Source of the DNA: Gemmatimonadales bacterium
Lineage (GTDB): Bacteria; Gemmatimonadota; Gemmatimonadetes; Gemmatimonadales; GWC2-71-9
Length of the DNA: 64,000 bases
Reading direction: 5' to 3'
Assembly (NCBI GenBank): GCA_036555485.1
Contig: DATBLG010000005.1
Coordinates: 902 to 64,901, forward strand
Under the pieces are notes generated by a model. The model searched no databases, had not been told where the DNA came from, and was given only the letters and a program-made list of their open reading frames with translations. Made by a program: the position numbers and the translations under genes. Each line of letters starts with the position of its first letter. Position 1 is the first letter of the stretch. This document shows positions 44,342 through 53,186 of the stretch, in pieces.

Positions 44342-45799
44342 CTATCGGCTCGTCACCATCTCCCGTACCATCTCGTTCACCGGTCGCATCAACGGCGGGT
44401 CGTAATTCGTGAGGACCACCGCGACGTAACCGAGGTCCGGGACGATGATGAGGTTGGTCCCCATCCCCGGGGCCCCACCCGAGTGGCCGAAGGTGCGGTG
44501 CCCATGATGGGTCTCGGTCACGAACCCCAAACCGTAGCCGTTCCGATTGTCGCTCGGCGCGGTGAACTGCTTCAGCGTCTCGGCGCGGATCAACCGCCCA
44601 CCGGTAAGAGCCTCGGCAAAGCGCCGCAGGTCTTCCACCGTCGAATAGCCGCCGCCCGCCGCGCCGCCCCTGATCTCGCGGACCCCCAGGTTGTCGCTCA
44701 ACGCGCCCGCAGGGCCATCTCGCGAGTACCCCACCGCGCCGCCTGCCACCTCCCCGTCCAACCCGTAATAGCCGGTGTTCGTCATGCCAACGGGGGCGAA
44801 TATGTGATCACGGACAAAGTCGTAGTAGCTCTGACCGCTCACGCGCTCCACGATGAGGCCGAGTACCTGAAAACCGGCGTTGGAGTAGCGGAACCGCGCG
44901 CCGGGAGCGAAGGGAAGTGGATCGTTCACGAACAACGGCAGGTGTGAGGCAAGAGTCGTCAGCGTGGTGCGCCGCTCCTCGTACAGCCGGTTCCAGAAGC
45001 TGCCGAGCCCGGAGGTGTGCGAGAGCAGGTGCCGCACCGTCGCGTGACGGGCAAAATCGGCGTTGGGATAGTCGGGCAGGTATCGCACGATGGGCGAGTC
45101 GAGCGCCACCTGCCCCTGTTCCACGAGCCGGGCGATCGCCACAGCGGTGAACATTTTCCCCATCGACGCGAGCGTGAACTTCGTGTCGAGGGTGTTGCGG
45201 GCTCCGGTGCGCCGATCGGCAATGCCATACGCCGCTCGAAACACGGGCCGGCCGTCGTGGGCCACGAGCAGCGCGCCCGAGAAGCGGTCTCCGGCGGCGC
45301 GCGCATCCAGCCGCTCGCCGAGCAATCGTGCCATGGCCTCGTCGGAGAGCCGGGGCGGGACCGATTCGGGACGCTCTTCCGGTTCATCGGGGCGCAGGCC
45401 TACAGTGGACGCGCGATATCCGCCGCTGTCGCCCGTCTGGCCCACGCCGTAGCGCAACCGTAGCGCACGCCCTTGGACCGTCTGTAGCAGCAGGACGATC
45501 TCTTCGGGCTGGTCCTGGAGAATCTGCTTGACCGTGAACCCTCCGGATCGTTCCCTGAACCCGAGGATTTGTCCGGCAATGTCGCGGACCTCGTTTGAAT
45601 CGGTGGGATTCTGCGCTTCGTAGCGGCGGACGTAATCCAGCACCAGGGCGGTATCGCCGGAGGCAGCGGCGCGCAGCCATTCGCGGACCAGGCGACCCGC
45701 CGGTGTGTCGGGGATGACAGGCTCCTGGGCCGCGGTCTGCGCCCGGGCGGTCGCGGCAAGCAGGAGGAGCGCAAAGCACGTGGTGACGTGGCGGTTCAT
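44342..45799 (-). CDS. Serine hydrolase, beta-lactamase-like, exported
   Basis: 485 aa with a signal peptide (LLLLAATARAQ), the SxxK motif (LASMGKMFTA) and an N-terminal extra domain. Confidence 0.8.
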   Translation of the reverse strand: MNRHVTTCFALLLLAATARAQTAAQEPVIPDTPAGRLVREWLRAAASGDTALVLDYVRRYEAQNPTDSNEVRDIAGQILGFRERSGGFTVKQILQDQPEEIVLLLQTVQGRALRLRYGVGQTGDSGGYRASTVGLRPDEPEERPESVPPRLSDEAMARLLGERLDARAAGDRFSGALLVAHDGRPVFRAAYGIADRRTGARNTLDTKFTLASMGKMFTAVAIARLVEQGQVALDSPIVRYLPDYPNADFARHATVRHLLSHTSGLGSFWNRLYEERRTTLTTLASHLPLFVNDPLPFAPGARFRYSNAGFQVLGLIVERVSGQSYYDFVRDHIFAPVGMTNTGYYGLDGEVAGGAVGYSRDGPAGALSDNLGVREIRGGAAGGGYSTVEDLRRFAEALTGGRLIRAETLKQFTAPSDNRNGYGLGFVTETHHGHRTFGHSGGAPGMGTNLIIVPDLGYVAVVLTNYDPPLMRPVNEMVREMVTSR

Positions 45800-45900
45800 T
45801 CGGATCCCTCACCCGAGAGGAAGGAGGCTCGACCCTCGAATGATGCGCCGTGCGACGGAATCGTTGCACCGAGCCCGACCGATCGATATCGTGACTGCCC

Positions 45901-47256
45901 ATGGCCCTGCCGGATCTCGTTCTCACGAGCGAACGCGTCGTAACCCCCCGGGGCGAAGTCCCCGGGGCAGTCGTGGTAGAGAACGGGATCATTACCGCCG
46001 TCGAGCCCCTGAGCCACGTGCCGCCGGCCGCGAGCCGCGTGGATACGGGTGACGCGGCAGTCCTACCCGGCGTCGTGGACACGCACGTCCATGTCAACGA
46101 GCCGGGCCGCACCGAGTGGGAGGGGTTCGAGACCGCGACCCGCGCGGCCGCGGCCGGCGGGGTCACCACCATCGTCGACATGCCGCTGAACAGCATCCCC
46201 GTCACGACCACGGTCGCGGCCCTGGCGGCCAAAACAACTGCCGCCACGGGTCGCGCCCTGATCGATTTTGGTTGTTGGGGAGGCGTCGTACCCGGGAACC
46301 TCGACGAACTCGGCCCTCTCGTGAATGCCGGGGTCCTCGGGTTCAAGTGCTTCCTCGTGCCTTCGGGGATCGACGAGTTTCCGGCAATCACCGAGCGCGA
46401 CCTCGCACCGGCGATGCGGCGGCTCGCCGGGCTGGGCGTCGTCCTGCTGGTGCACGCCGAGCTTCCGGGGCCGATCGAGCGTGTTGCTAACGTCGCGGGC
46501 GATCCGCGCCACTACGCGACCTGGCTCGCCTCGCGACCCGCGGAGGCCGAGCTCGAGGCCATCGATCTCGTGTTGCGGCTGTCACGGGAAACGGGGTGCC
46601 GGGTGCACATCGTGCATCTGGCGTGCGCCGACGCGCTCGATCGGATCGACGCCGCGAAGCGTCGCGGCGTGCCCGTGACGGTCGAAACCTGCCCGCACTA
46701 CCTATCCTTCGCCGCCGAGGATATCCCCGACGGCGCGACGGCGTTCAAGTGCGCGCCGCCGGTGCGGAAGGCGGAACATCGGGAGCGGTTGTGGGACGGG
46801 CTGGAACGGGGCATCATCGATCTCGTGGCGAGCGACCATTCTCCCGCGCCAAGGGCTTTGAAGCAGCTCGAGAGCGGGAGCTTCCTCGAGGCATGGGGCG
46901 GCATCGCGTCGGTCGAGCTGGCACTCGCGGCGCTGTGGACCCGCGCGCGCGCGCGCGGCCGCACCCTCGGCGACCTGGCCCGTTGGATGAGCTCTGGGCC
47001 GGCCCGGCTTGCCGGGCTAGGCCGGAAAGGAGCGATCACCCCGGGGTACGATGCCGATTTCGTGGTGTTCCATCCGGACACGACCTGGACCGTGGATCAG
47101 AGCCGGTTGCGCCAGCGTCATCCGATTACGCCCTACGAGGGTTTGGTGCTCACGGGTGAGGTTCGGCAAACGTTTCTGCGGGGCAACTCCGTTTACGACA
47201 ACGGCCGCTTTCCAGAGAAAGCGGCCGGGCGGTGGATACAGCGGGAGGGTGTGTGA
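45901..47256 (+). CDS. allB: Allantoinase
   Basis: 451 aa matching cyclic amidohydrolase motifs (VDTHVHVNEPGRTEWEGFETATRAAAAGGVTTIVDMP). It sits within a ureide-pathway cluster. Confidence 0.85.
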   Translation: MALPDLVLTSERVVTPRGEVPGAVVVENGIITAVEPLSHVPPAASRVDTGDAAVLPGVVDTHVHVNEPGRTEWEGFETATRAAAAGGVTTIVDMPLNSIPVTTTVAALAAKTTAATGRALIDFGCWGGVVPGNLDELGPLVNAGVLGFKCFLVPSGIDEFPAITERDLAPAMRRLAGLGVVLLVHAELPGPIERVANVAGDPRHYATWLASRPAEAELEAIDLVLRLSRETGCRVHIVHLACADALDRIDAAKRRGVPVTVETCPHYLSFAAEDIPDGATAFKCAPPVRKAEHRERLWDGLERGIIDLVASDHSPAPRALKQLESGSFLEAWGGIASVELALAALWTRARARGRTLGDLARWMSSGPARLAGLGRKGAITPGYDADFVVFHPDTTWTVDQSRLRQRHPITPYEGLVLTGEVRQTFLRGNSVYDNGRFPEKAAGRWIQREGV

Positions 47257-47275
47257 CGTCTACGCTTGTGGTTGC

Positions 47276-47497
47276 TCAGGCCGACGCCGAGGATCGCCGA
47301 TCGCTTTCTACGCGGCGCTCGTCTCCCGCTCGTCGTGGACGGAGCATGCGGCGGTCTTTCACCTGGCGCTTATCGCTCGAGGTTCGGCCCCACACGTGGC
47401 GCCGTTCCACCCACGCGCGTCGGTCCGCCACGATGCGTCGGGTCGCGGCGCGCCGTTTGGTCTTCCGTCGTTCTGGCCCTGTGTGGCGTTTTGCCAT
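47276..47497 (-). CDS. Possible small, very basic protein with repeated (D/E)RR motifs (speculative)
   Basis: 73 codons from ATG 47497 to TGA 47276, preceded by gaggtcgc. The translation is MAKRHTGPERRKTKRR...ADRRAWVERR...KDRRMLRPRR...DERRVESDRR. It lies antisense in an otherwise unexplained 340-nt gap. It could equally be a GC-bias artefact. Confidence 0.25.
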   Translation of the reverse strand: MAKRHTGPERRKTKRRAATRRIVADRRAWVERRHVWGRTSSDKRQVKDRRMLRPRRAGDERRVESDRRSSASA

Positions 47498-47596
47498 GCG
47501 ACCTCGTCCGCTTGCTTCAGTCACAAGATGCCAAGGGAGGGTGCCCGTGCGCCAGGCGTCTGGTCCGGTATCGTTTGCGTTGCTTGGGAGCGCCTT

Positions 47597-48589
47597 GTGC
47601 GATCCGGCTTGATCGACCTCGCCGCTGCCCGCATGGGCGGCCGGGCCGTTCTCGCAAACGACGAGTTCTTCGCCCCCAAGGCAAATCTCCTCAAGCCGGG
47701 GCGTGGCGTGTTTGTCGAAGGGAAGTACACGAGCCGCGGCAAGTGGATGGACGGATGGGAAACGCGGCGGCGTCGGACGCCGGGCCACGACTGGTGTATC
47801 GTCCGCCTCGGTGTTCCCGGCGTGATCCGCGCCGTCACGGTGGATACGCACCATTTCCGCGGCAACCATCCGGAAGCGTGTTCGATCGAGGCCGCGGCAT
47901 TGCCGGGCACCCCGACGCCCGCTCGACTCCGTGCGCTGGGCACCGCATGGGCCGAAGTGCTGACCCGGAGCCCGCTCCAGGGGGATTCCGAGAACAACTT
48001 CCCGATCGCGAGCGACGCGCGGTACTCCCACGTCCGGTTGAACATCTACCCCGACGGCGGCGTGGCCCGGCTGCGCATCTGGGGCGAGGCCCGGCCGGAC
48101 TGGGCGCGCATCCGGACCGCGCGTACGCGAGTGGATCTCGTCGCCGTGCAGCACGGTGGTGTGCCGCTGGCCGCGAGCGATCAGTTCTTCAGTGAGCCGC
48201 TCAATCTGCTCTTGCCGGGACGGCCGGTCGACATGGGCGACGGCTGGGAGACCCGGCGCCGGCGCGGCCCGGGGCACGATTGGGTCGTGCTGCGCCTCGG
48301 CCACCGCGGCACGATCGACGAGGTCGTGGTGGACACCACGCATTTCAAGGGCAATTTCCCCGACAGTTGCCGCCTCGAGGGCTTGGACGCGCCCGAGCTC
48401 GACCCCACCGTGGCCCCCGACGACCGCGCGGCGTGGCGCGAGCTCGTGGCACGCACGCCGCTCAAGGCCGACACGCCGCACCGCTTTCGGGCGGTCGGTC
48501 GTTCAGGACCCGTGACGCACGTCCGGTTCAGCATGTTCCCGGACGGCGGAGTGGCCCGGCTGCGGCTGCTCGGGAAGCCGGTGGTGTGA
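47597..48589 (+). CDS. alc: Allantoicase
   Basis: This is the 3-prime part of track ORF 47051..48589. A GTG at 47597 gives 330 aa, a typical length. It has two allantoicase repeats, each with the DGWETRRRR motif. Confidence 0.8.
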   Translation: MRSGLIDLAAARMGGRAVLANDEFFAPKANLLKPGRGVFVEGKYTSRGKWMDGWETRRRRTPGHDWCIVRLGVPGVIRAVTVDTHHFRGNHPEACSIEAAALPGTPTPARLRALGTAWAEVLTRSPLQGDSENNFPIASDARYSHVRLNIYPDGGVARLRIWGEARPDWARIRTARTRVDLVAVQHGGVPLAASDQFFSEPLNLLLPGRPVDMGDGWETRRRRGPGHDWVVLRLGHRGTIDEVVVDTTHFKGNFPDSCRLEGLDAPELDPTVAPDDRAAWRELVARTPLKADTPHRFRAVGRSGPVTHVRFSMFPDGGVARLRLLGKPVV

Positions 48590-49092
48590 GCGCGGGAGTC
48601 CGGGCCGACGGCATTGCCCGCCATCTGAACGCGCTCGCCGAGCCCGCGGCTCGGGCGGCGCTGCTGCGCTGCTGCGGCTCGCGGAGCTGGGTCGAGCAGA
48701 TGCTCGCCGGGCGCCCGTTCGCCGATGACTCGGGTGTGTTCGCCACAGCGGAGCGCTGCTGGTGGTCGCTCGGGACGAACGACCGCCTCGAGGCGTTCGC
48801 CGCGCATCCGCGGATCGGCGAGCGCGCGGACGACACCTGGGCGCGGGCTGAGCAATCCGGCATGGCGGGCGCGGACATTGCCATGCGCCGAGCATTCAGC
48901 GATGGCAACCGCGCGTACGAGGAGCGCTTCGGACATGTGTTTCTCATCTGCGCCACGGGTCGGGGTGCGGATGACCTGGCCGCCGAGCTGCAGCGCCGGC
49001 TCGGCAACGATCCGGCGAGCGAGCTCCGGATCGCGGCCGGGGAGCAGGCGAAGATCACCCGACTACGACTCGAGAAACTGGTGACGACATGA
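48586..49092 (+). CDS. uraD: 2-oxo-4-hydroxy-4-carboxy-5-ureidoimidazoline (OHCU) decarboxylase
   Basis: The GTG at 48586 forms a GTGA overlap with the alc stop. It carries the motifs FAAHPRIGE and HVFLICATG. Confidence 0.8.
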   Translation: MSAGVRADGIARHLNALAEPAARAALLRCCGSRSWVEQMLAGRPFADDSGVFATAERCWWSLGTNDRLEAFAAHPRIGERADDTWARAEQSGMAGADIAMRRAFSDGNRAYEERFGHVFLICATGRGADDLAAELQRRLGNDPASELRIAAGEQAKITRLRLEKLVTT

Positions 49093-49424
49093 GCGGCATC
49101 ACGACGCACGTGCTGGACACCGCGCACGGCCGGCCCGCCGCCGGAGTCGCGGTTACCCTGTCAGTGATGGTGGGCGAAAGCTGGACAGAGGTCGGTCGCG
49201 CCGCGACGGGTGCGGACGGTCGCGTGCCGAACCTGCTCCCGTCACCAAGCGCCCGGGGTACCACCTATCGGCTACGATTCGAAATCGGTGCGTACTACGC
49301 GGCCCAGGGCATTGCCAGTTTTTATCCCGCGATCGAGGTGGTGTTCACCCAGCAGGACGATCGCCACCATCACGTGCCGTTGCTCGTGAGTCCGTTCGGC
49401 TACTCGACCTACCGCGGTACCTAG
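49089..49424 (+). CDS. uraH: 5-hydroxyisourate hydrolase (transthyretin-like)
   Basis: 111 aa starting at an ATGA overlap. It has the motifs THVLDTAHGRPAAGV and HHHVPLLVSPFGYSTYRGT. Confidence 0.85.
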   Translation: MSGITTHVLDTAHGRPAAGVAVTLSVMVGESWTEVGRAATGADGRVPNLLPSPSARGTTYRLRFEIGAYYAAQGIASFYPAIEVVFTQQDDRHHHVPLLVSPFGYSTYRGT

Positions 49425-49428
49425 CGCC

Positions 49429-50619
49429 GTGAGCGCGCACCTCGCGGAATGGCTCAGCCTCGCGCTGCGCTGGATCCACATCATCACCGGCGTGTCGTGG
49501 ATCGGCACATCATTCTATTTCAACTGGCTGAATGGACGGATTCGACCGCCGGACGCCCCCGAGCCCGGCGTCACCGGCGAGCTCTGGTCGGTGCATGGCG
49601 GCGGGTTTTACCGCGTCGTGAAATACAGCGTCGCGCCCGAGCGCCTGCCGCGCACGCTGCACTGGTTCAAGTGGGAGGCGTACGCCACCTGGCTTTCCGG
49701 CGCGTCGCTGCTCGTGCTCCTGTACTATTTCGGCGCGCGGGTGAACCTGCTCGATCCCGGCGTCTCCTCGATCGCCCCCGGCGCGGCGGTCGCCGTCAGC
49801 ATCGGCACGATCCTCGTCGCCTGGCTCGTCTACGATGTGCTGTGTCGCTCGCCGGCGGGGTATCGGCCCGTTGTGCTGGCGACGCTAGGCCTGGTACTCG
49901 TCACGGCGCTTGGCTATGGCCTGGCGCGCGTATTCAGTGCTCGCGCCGCCTATTTGCACGTCGGTGTCGCCCTCGGCACGATCATGGCGGCGAACGTGTT
50001 CCGGGTGATCATCCCGGCGCAACGGGAAATGGTGGATGCGTTGGCGGCGGGGGGCGAGCCGGACGCGGCACGCGGCCGTCAGGCGGCGCTGCGTTCGTTG
50101 CACAACAACTATCTGACCCTACCCGTGCTGTTCGTGATGGTGAGCGGCCACTACCCCGCGACGTACGGCAGCGCCTGGGGCTGGGCCATCCTCGCGGGAT
50201 TGTTCGTCGTCGGCGTCCTGACGCGCCACTGGTTCAATCTGCGCAACGCCGGGATTCGCAACGCCTGGCTGCTCCCCGCGGCTGTGGTGGGACTCATCGC
50301 GTTGGCGCTCGTGACGGCGCCGCGCTCCAGCGGTATGGCCTCACCGGACGGCGCCGTGTCGTCGTTCGCCGACGTGCGTATCATCATCGCGCGGCGCTGC
50401 GCTCCGTGTCACTCCGCAGCGCCCACCTTCCCGGGCGTCACTGCGCCACCGGCCGGGGTGGCGTTTGACACGCCGGAGCAGATTCGCGTCCGCGCCTCGC
50501 GCATCGCCGAGCGGGTGGTCGCCCGGCAGACGATGCCACTCGGCAACGTCACGGGGATCACTCCGGAGGAGCGGGATCTTCTCGGGCGGTGGATTCAAGC
50601 GGGGGCTCCGCTCCGGTGA
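49429..50619 (+). CDS. puuD: Membrane-bound urate hydroxylase PuuD (cytochrome c-containing)
   Basis: 396 aa. The N-terminus WIHIITGVSWIGTSFYFNWL is typical of PuuD. It has several TM helices and a C-terminal CAPCH heme c motif. Confidence 0.8.
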   Translation: MSAHLAEWLSLALRWIHIITGVSWIGTSFYFNWLNGRIRPPDAPEPGVTGELWSVHGGGFYRVVKYSVAPERLPRTLHWFKWEAYATWLSGASLLVLLYYFGARVNLLDPGVSSIAPGAAVAVSIGTILVAWLVYDVLCRSPAGYRPVVLATLGLVLVTALGYGLARVFSARAAYLHVGVALGTIMAANVFRVIIPAQREMVDALAAGGEPDAARGRQAALRSLHNNYLTLPVLFVMVSGHYPATYGSAWGWAILAGLFVVGVLTRHWFNLRNAGIRNAWLLPAAVVGLIALALVTAPRSSGMASPDGAVSSFADVRIIIARRCAPCHSAAPTFPGVTAPPAGVAFDTPEQIRVRASRIAERVVARQTMPLGNVTGITPEERDLLGRWIQAGAPLR

Positions 50620-50640
50620 CCTGCAGCAACAGACTCCCAG

Positions 50641-50942
50641 GGGTGGGCTAACCCCGGGGCCATGCCCCGGGGTTCAGGGATTGGCACACGTATGCCAGGT
50701 CGTGAATTGCCTAGGGTGGGTTAACCCCGGGGCCGTGCCACGGGGTTCAGGGCAAGCACACGTATACCCTGGCCGTGAATTGCCACAGGTGGGTTAAGCC
50801 CGGGGCGTTGCCCCTGGGTTCAGGGAATGTCACACGTGACCCCAGGACGTGAATTGCTGTGGGTGGGTAACCACGGGCTAAGCCCCGGTGTGGGAATGGC
50901 ACACATTGAACCCCGGGCCGTGGGCCCGGGGTTAACCCACCC
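50641..50942. repeat. Tandem array of four units of about 73 bp, each with a GC-rich hairpin; the last unit ends in an inverted copy of the unit start
   Basis: Unit starts (gggtggg, with aggtggg at the third) are at 50641, 50714, 50787 and 50861. Each unit contains a hairpin such as aaccccgggg-ccatg-ccccggggtt (50650-50674), followed by cacacgt...gtgaattgc. The array closes with gttaacccaccc (50931-50942), the reverse complement of the unit start. Confidence 0.85.
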
Positions 50943-50959
50943 GGACAACGTCGACGAGC

Positions 50960-51350
50960 TCAGCCACCGCCGCGGCCACCTCCTTCCCGAATGCCGATCC
51001 GAATCGCCAGTGCACCGACGGGTCCCATTATGGCTGCGCCCACTATCGGGGTCCATGGCAACTGGGTCCCCCATTCGGCGGGCGGAAAGAGTGTTAAGAC
51101 AGTGAGGAAAGCGTATGGGAGTATTGCGACGAATCCCACCAGCATCGCCCCGGCAGCGTGCCGGCACAGTGGCAACAGGAGCCCCACGATTCCGCCTGCA
51201 ACAATTCCACCCTAGGTAGCCACCGATTAGGGCGATATAGGAAGTGTTGTACTCCTGCAGTAGTTCTGGCCCTCTGACGAGAACGAGCAGCGTCGCCAAT
51301 ACCGAAATGACTAGTGCGAACCAGAGACCCCAAGTGAGTCCCGTTTTCAT
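50960..51350 (-). pseudogene. Small 4-TM membrane protein gene interrupted by a 1-nt frameshift (or assembly error), in a low-GC patch
   Basis: From ATG 51350 the translation is MKTGLTWGLWFALVISVLATLLVL...YIALIGGYL. It continues sensibly only after a frame change near 51209-51216, as GGIVAGGIVGLLLPL...AIMGPVGALAIRIGIREGGGRGGG*, with the stop at 50960. The total length of 391 nt is not a multiple of 3. Confidence 0.55.
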
Positions 51351-51408
51351 GTTTGATCCGAGTGAGCCCATTGGACCCAAGCCCCTCTTTTCCTCCAAAC
51401 GGACTAGT

Positions 51409-52368
51409 TCACACCTCAGCCACGTCGAACAACACCTTCATCGTCCCCGGCCGCTGCGCATGGTCGAACGCATCGAGCGCTCGCTCCAGTGGGTAATGCG
51501 CCTGCACCAGCGGTAGCACGTCCACCTTCTGTTCAGCAAGCACGGCGAGTGCCTTTGGAAACGGGCCGCAGCGCGACCCGATGATCGTGAGCTCGTGCAC
51601 CACGATCGCGGATGCGTCGAGCGTCAACTGGTCGGCGTACGTGCTCTTCATCACGAGCGTGCCGCGGGGACGCAGCGCCCGCTGGGCGAGGCCGAAGCCG
51701 AGGTGATTGCCGGTGCATTCGACCGCGATGTCGAATGAGCCCGCGGGGATCGTCTCAGCCGCGGTTGACGCAATCCCGCGCTCGGTGAGCAGGGTGAGCT
51801 TTGGTCCGTGGCGGCCGACCACCAGGAGGTCGCAGTCGGTGAGCGCCAGCGTTTGCGCCACGAGCTGCCCCAGCTTTCCATCCCCGACGACGAGCACCCG
51901 GTCCCCGGGCGCGATGTGGACCTGCTCCTGGATCTCGAGTGCCGCGGCGAGCGGCTCGGTAAAAACCGCCGCGTCCTCGGATACACCGTCCGGAACCAGA
52001 TGGAGGTTTTGGAGCGGCAGCGTGAGATACTCGGCGAACGCGCCGTGCCGGTTCACGATGCCAAGTACCGTGCGACGCTCGCAGTGCGTGCGTCGGCCGG
52101 CTCGGCAGGGACCGCATGCGCCGCACGTCGCGTTGATCTCACCCACCACGCGCCGGCCCATCAGCGCGTCCGGACCGCGCTCCACCACGCCGACGAACTC
52201 GTGGCCCAGCACCCCGGCGTAGGGATAGTAGCCGCGCGCCAACTCGACGTCGGTGTTGCAGATGCCGGCACGGAGCACGCGCACCAGCGCTTCGTCCGCC
52301 GGTGGCTCCGGCACCGGCACGCTATGGCGGAGCCGGAGCTGGCCTCCCTCGAGCCAGACGGCCTTCAC
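51409..52368 (-). CDS. Zinc-dependent medium-chain alcohol dehydrogenase family protein
   Basis: 319 aa matching MDR motifs (GICNTDVE, GHEFVG, CGACGPC structural-zinc loop, VVGDGKLG). Confidence 0.85.
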   Translation of the reverse strand: MKAVWLEGGQLRLRHSVPVPEPPADEALVRVLRAGICNTDVELARGYYPYAGVLGHEFVGVVERGPDALMGRRVVGEINATCGACGPCRAGRRTHCERRTVLGIVNRHGAFAEYLTLPLQNLHLVPDGVSEDAAVFTEPLAAALEIQEQVHIAPGDRVLVVGDGKLGQLVAQTLALTDCDLLVVGRHGPKLTLLTERGIASTAAETIPAGSFDIAVECTGNHLGFGLAQRALRPRGTLVMKSTYADQLTLDASAIVVHELTIIGSRCGPFPKALAVLAEQKVDVLPLVQAHYPLERALDAFDHAQRPGTMKVLFDVAEV

Positions 52369-53186
52369 GCCTGGAGTTCGGGCAAGGCGAAGAAGAGCAC
52401 GCGCGCCATCACGCGCTTGCGGTATTCAGCCGTGGAGCGGATGTCGTCGATCGGCGTGACGTCCTGCTCGATCGCCGGCAACAGGTCTTCCGGCGCGCGG
52501 GGCGCCGGCCCGTCGGCGAGCCGGCGTTCGAGTGCGGGACAGCGGCGAATCGTCGGCGCCATGCTCGCCGCGACGACGCGCCACCCGGCCGACGAGCGGG
52601 TGACGGCGAGACCGATCTTGGCGATGGCCTGAGCGCGTCGCGGGCCGATTTTCTCGAACACCTGAGCGGCATAGGGCCGGCGGGGCACACGGATCGCGAC
52701 CACGAGCTGGTCCGCGGCCCGTCGCATCTGCTTGTAGCCCGTGTAGAAATCGGCGAGCGGCACCTCTTCGCGGCCGCGGCGGGATTCGAGCACGACTACC
52801 GCATCGTAGGCCATCAGCACCGGCACGCCGTCGGCCGCGGGCGAGGCGTTCACGATGTTGCCGGCCCACGTGCCGCGCGTCTGGATCTGGACCGCGCCCA
52901 CCTGCCGCGCCGCGCGGACGAGCAGCGGCAGCTCGCGCGCCGCGCGACGGTCCGTGACCACGTCCCAATAGGTCGCGAGTCCTCCCAGGACGAGCTCCGC
53001 GTCGGTCCATTGCAAGCCCTTCAACTCGGCGACGCGGGAGATGTCGACATACGTCCGGTCGTGTTCCGCGGACCGTACAGGCCAGTGTACCAGCAGGTCG
53101 GTCCCACCGGCGATCGGGATGGCCTCCGGATGGTCGGCCAGCATGGCCAGAGCCTCCGCCTTGCCCTGAGGCTGGAGCAGGTTCAC
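52365..53186 (-). CDS. Molybdenum hydroxylase FAD-binding (medium, CoxM/XdhB-like) subunit
   Basis: ORF 52365..53249. A GTG at 53186 forms a GTGA overlap with the small-subunit stop. It has the FAD-binding motif PIAGGTDLLV and a CO-dehydrogenase-flavoprotein C-terminal pattern. Confidence 0.8.
   Translation of the reverse strand: MNLLQPQGKAEALAMLADHPEAIPIAGGTDLLVHWPVRSAEHDRTYVDISRVAELKGLQWTDAELVLGGLATYWDVVTDRRAARELPLLVRAARQVGAVQIQTRGTWAGNIVNASPAADGVPVLMAYDAVVVLESRRGREEVPLADFYTGYKQMRRAADQLVVAIRVPRRPYAAQVFEKIGPRRAQAIAKIGLAVTRSSAGWRVVAASMAPTIRRCPALERRLADGPAPRAPEDLLPAIEQDVTPIDDIRSTAEYRKRVMARVLFFALPELQA

Noticed and set aside
47232-47612. 126-aa plus-strand ORF bridging allB and alc.
   Set aside because: It overlaps the allB 3-prime end in another frame. 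It is Arg/Ser-rich with no motif and runs into the allantoicase coding region out of frame.
50641-50942. Possible CRISPR array: a repeated motif of about 38 nt (gggtgggttaaccccggggcc...ggggttcaggg) separated by stretches of about 35 nt.
   Set aside because: The would-be spacers are themselves homologous to each other (all contain cacacgt...cgtgaattgc), so the true repeat unit is the whole 73 bp. There are only four units, the last is rearranged, and no cas genes are in the window.
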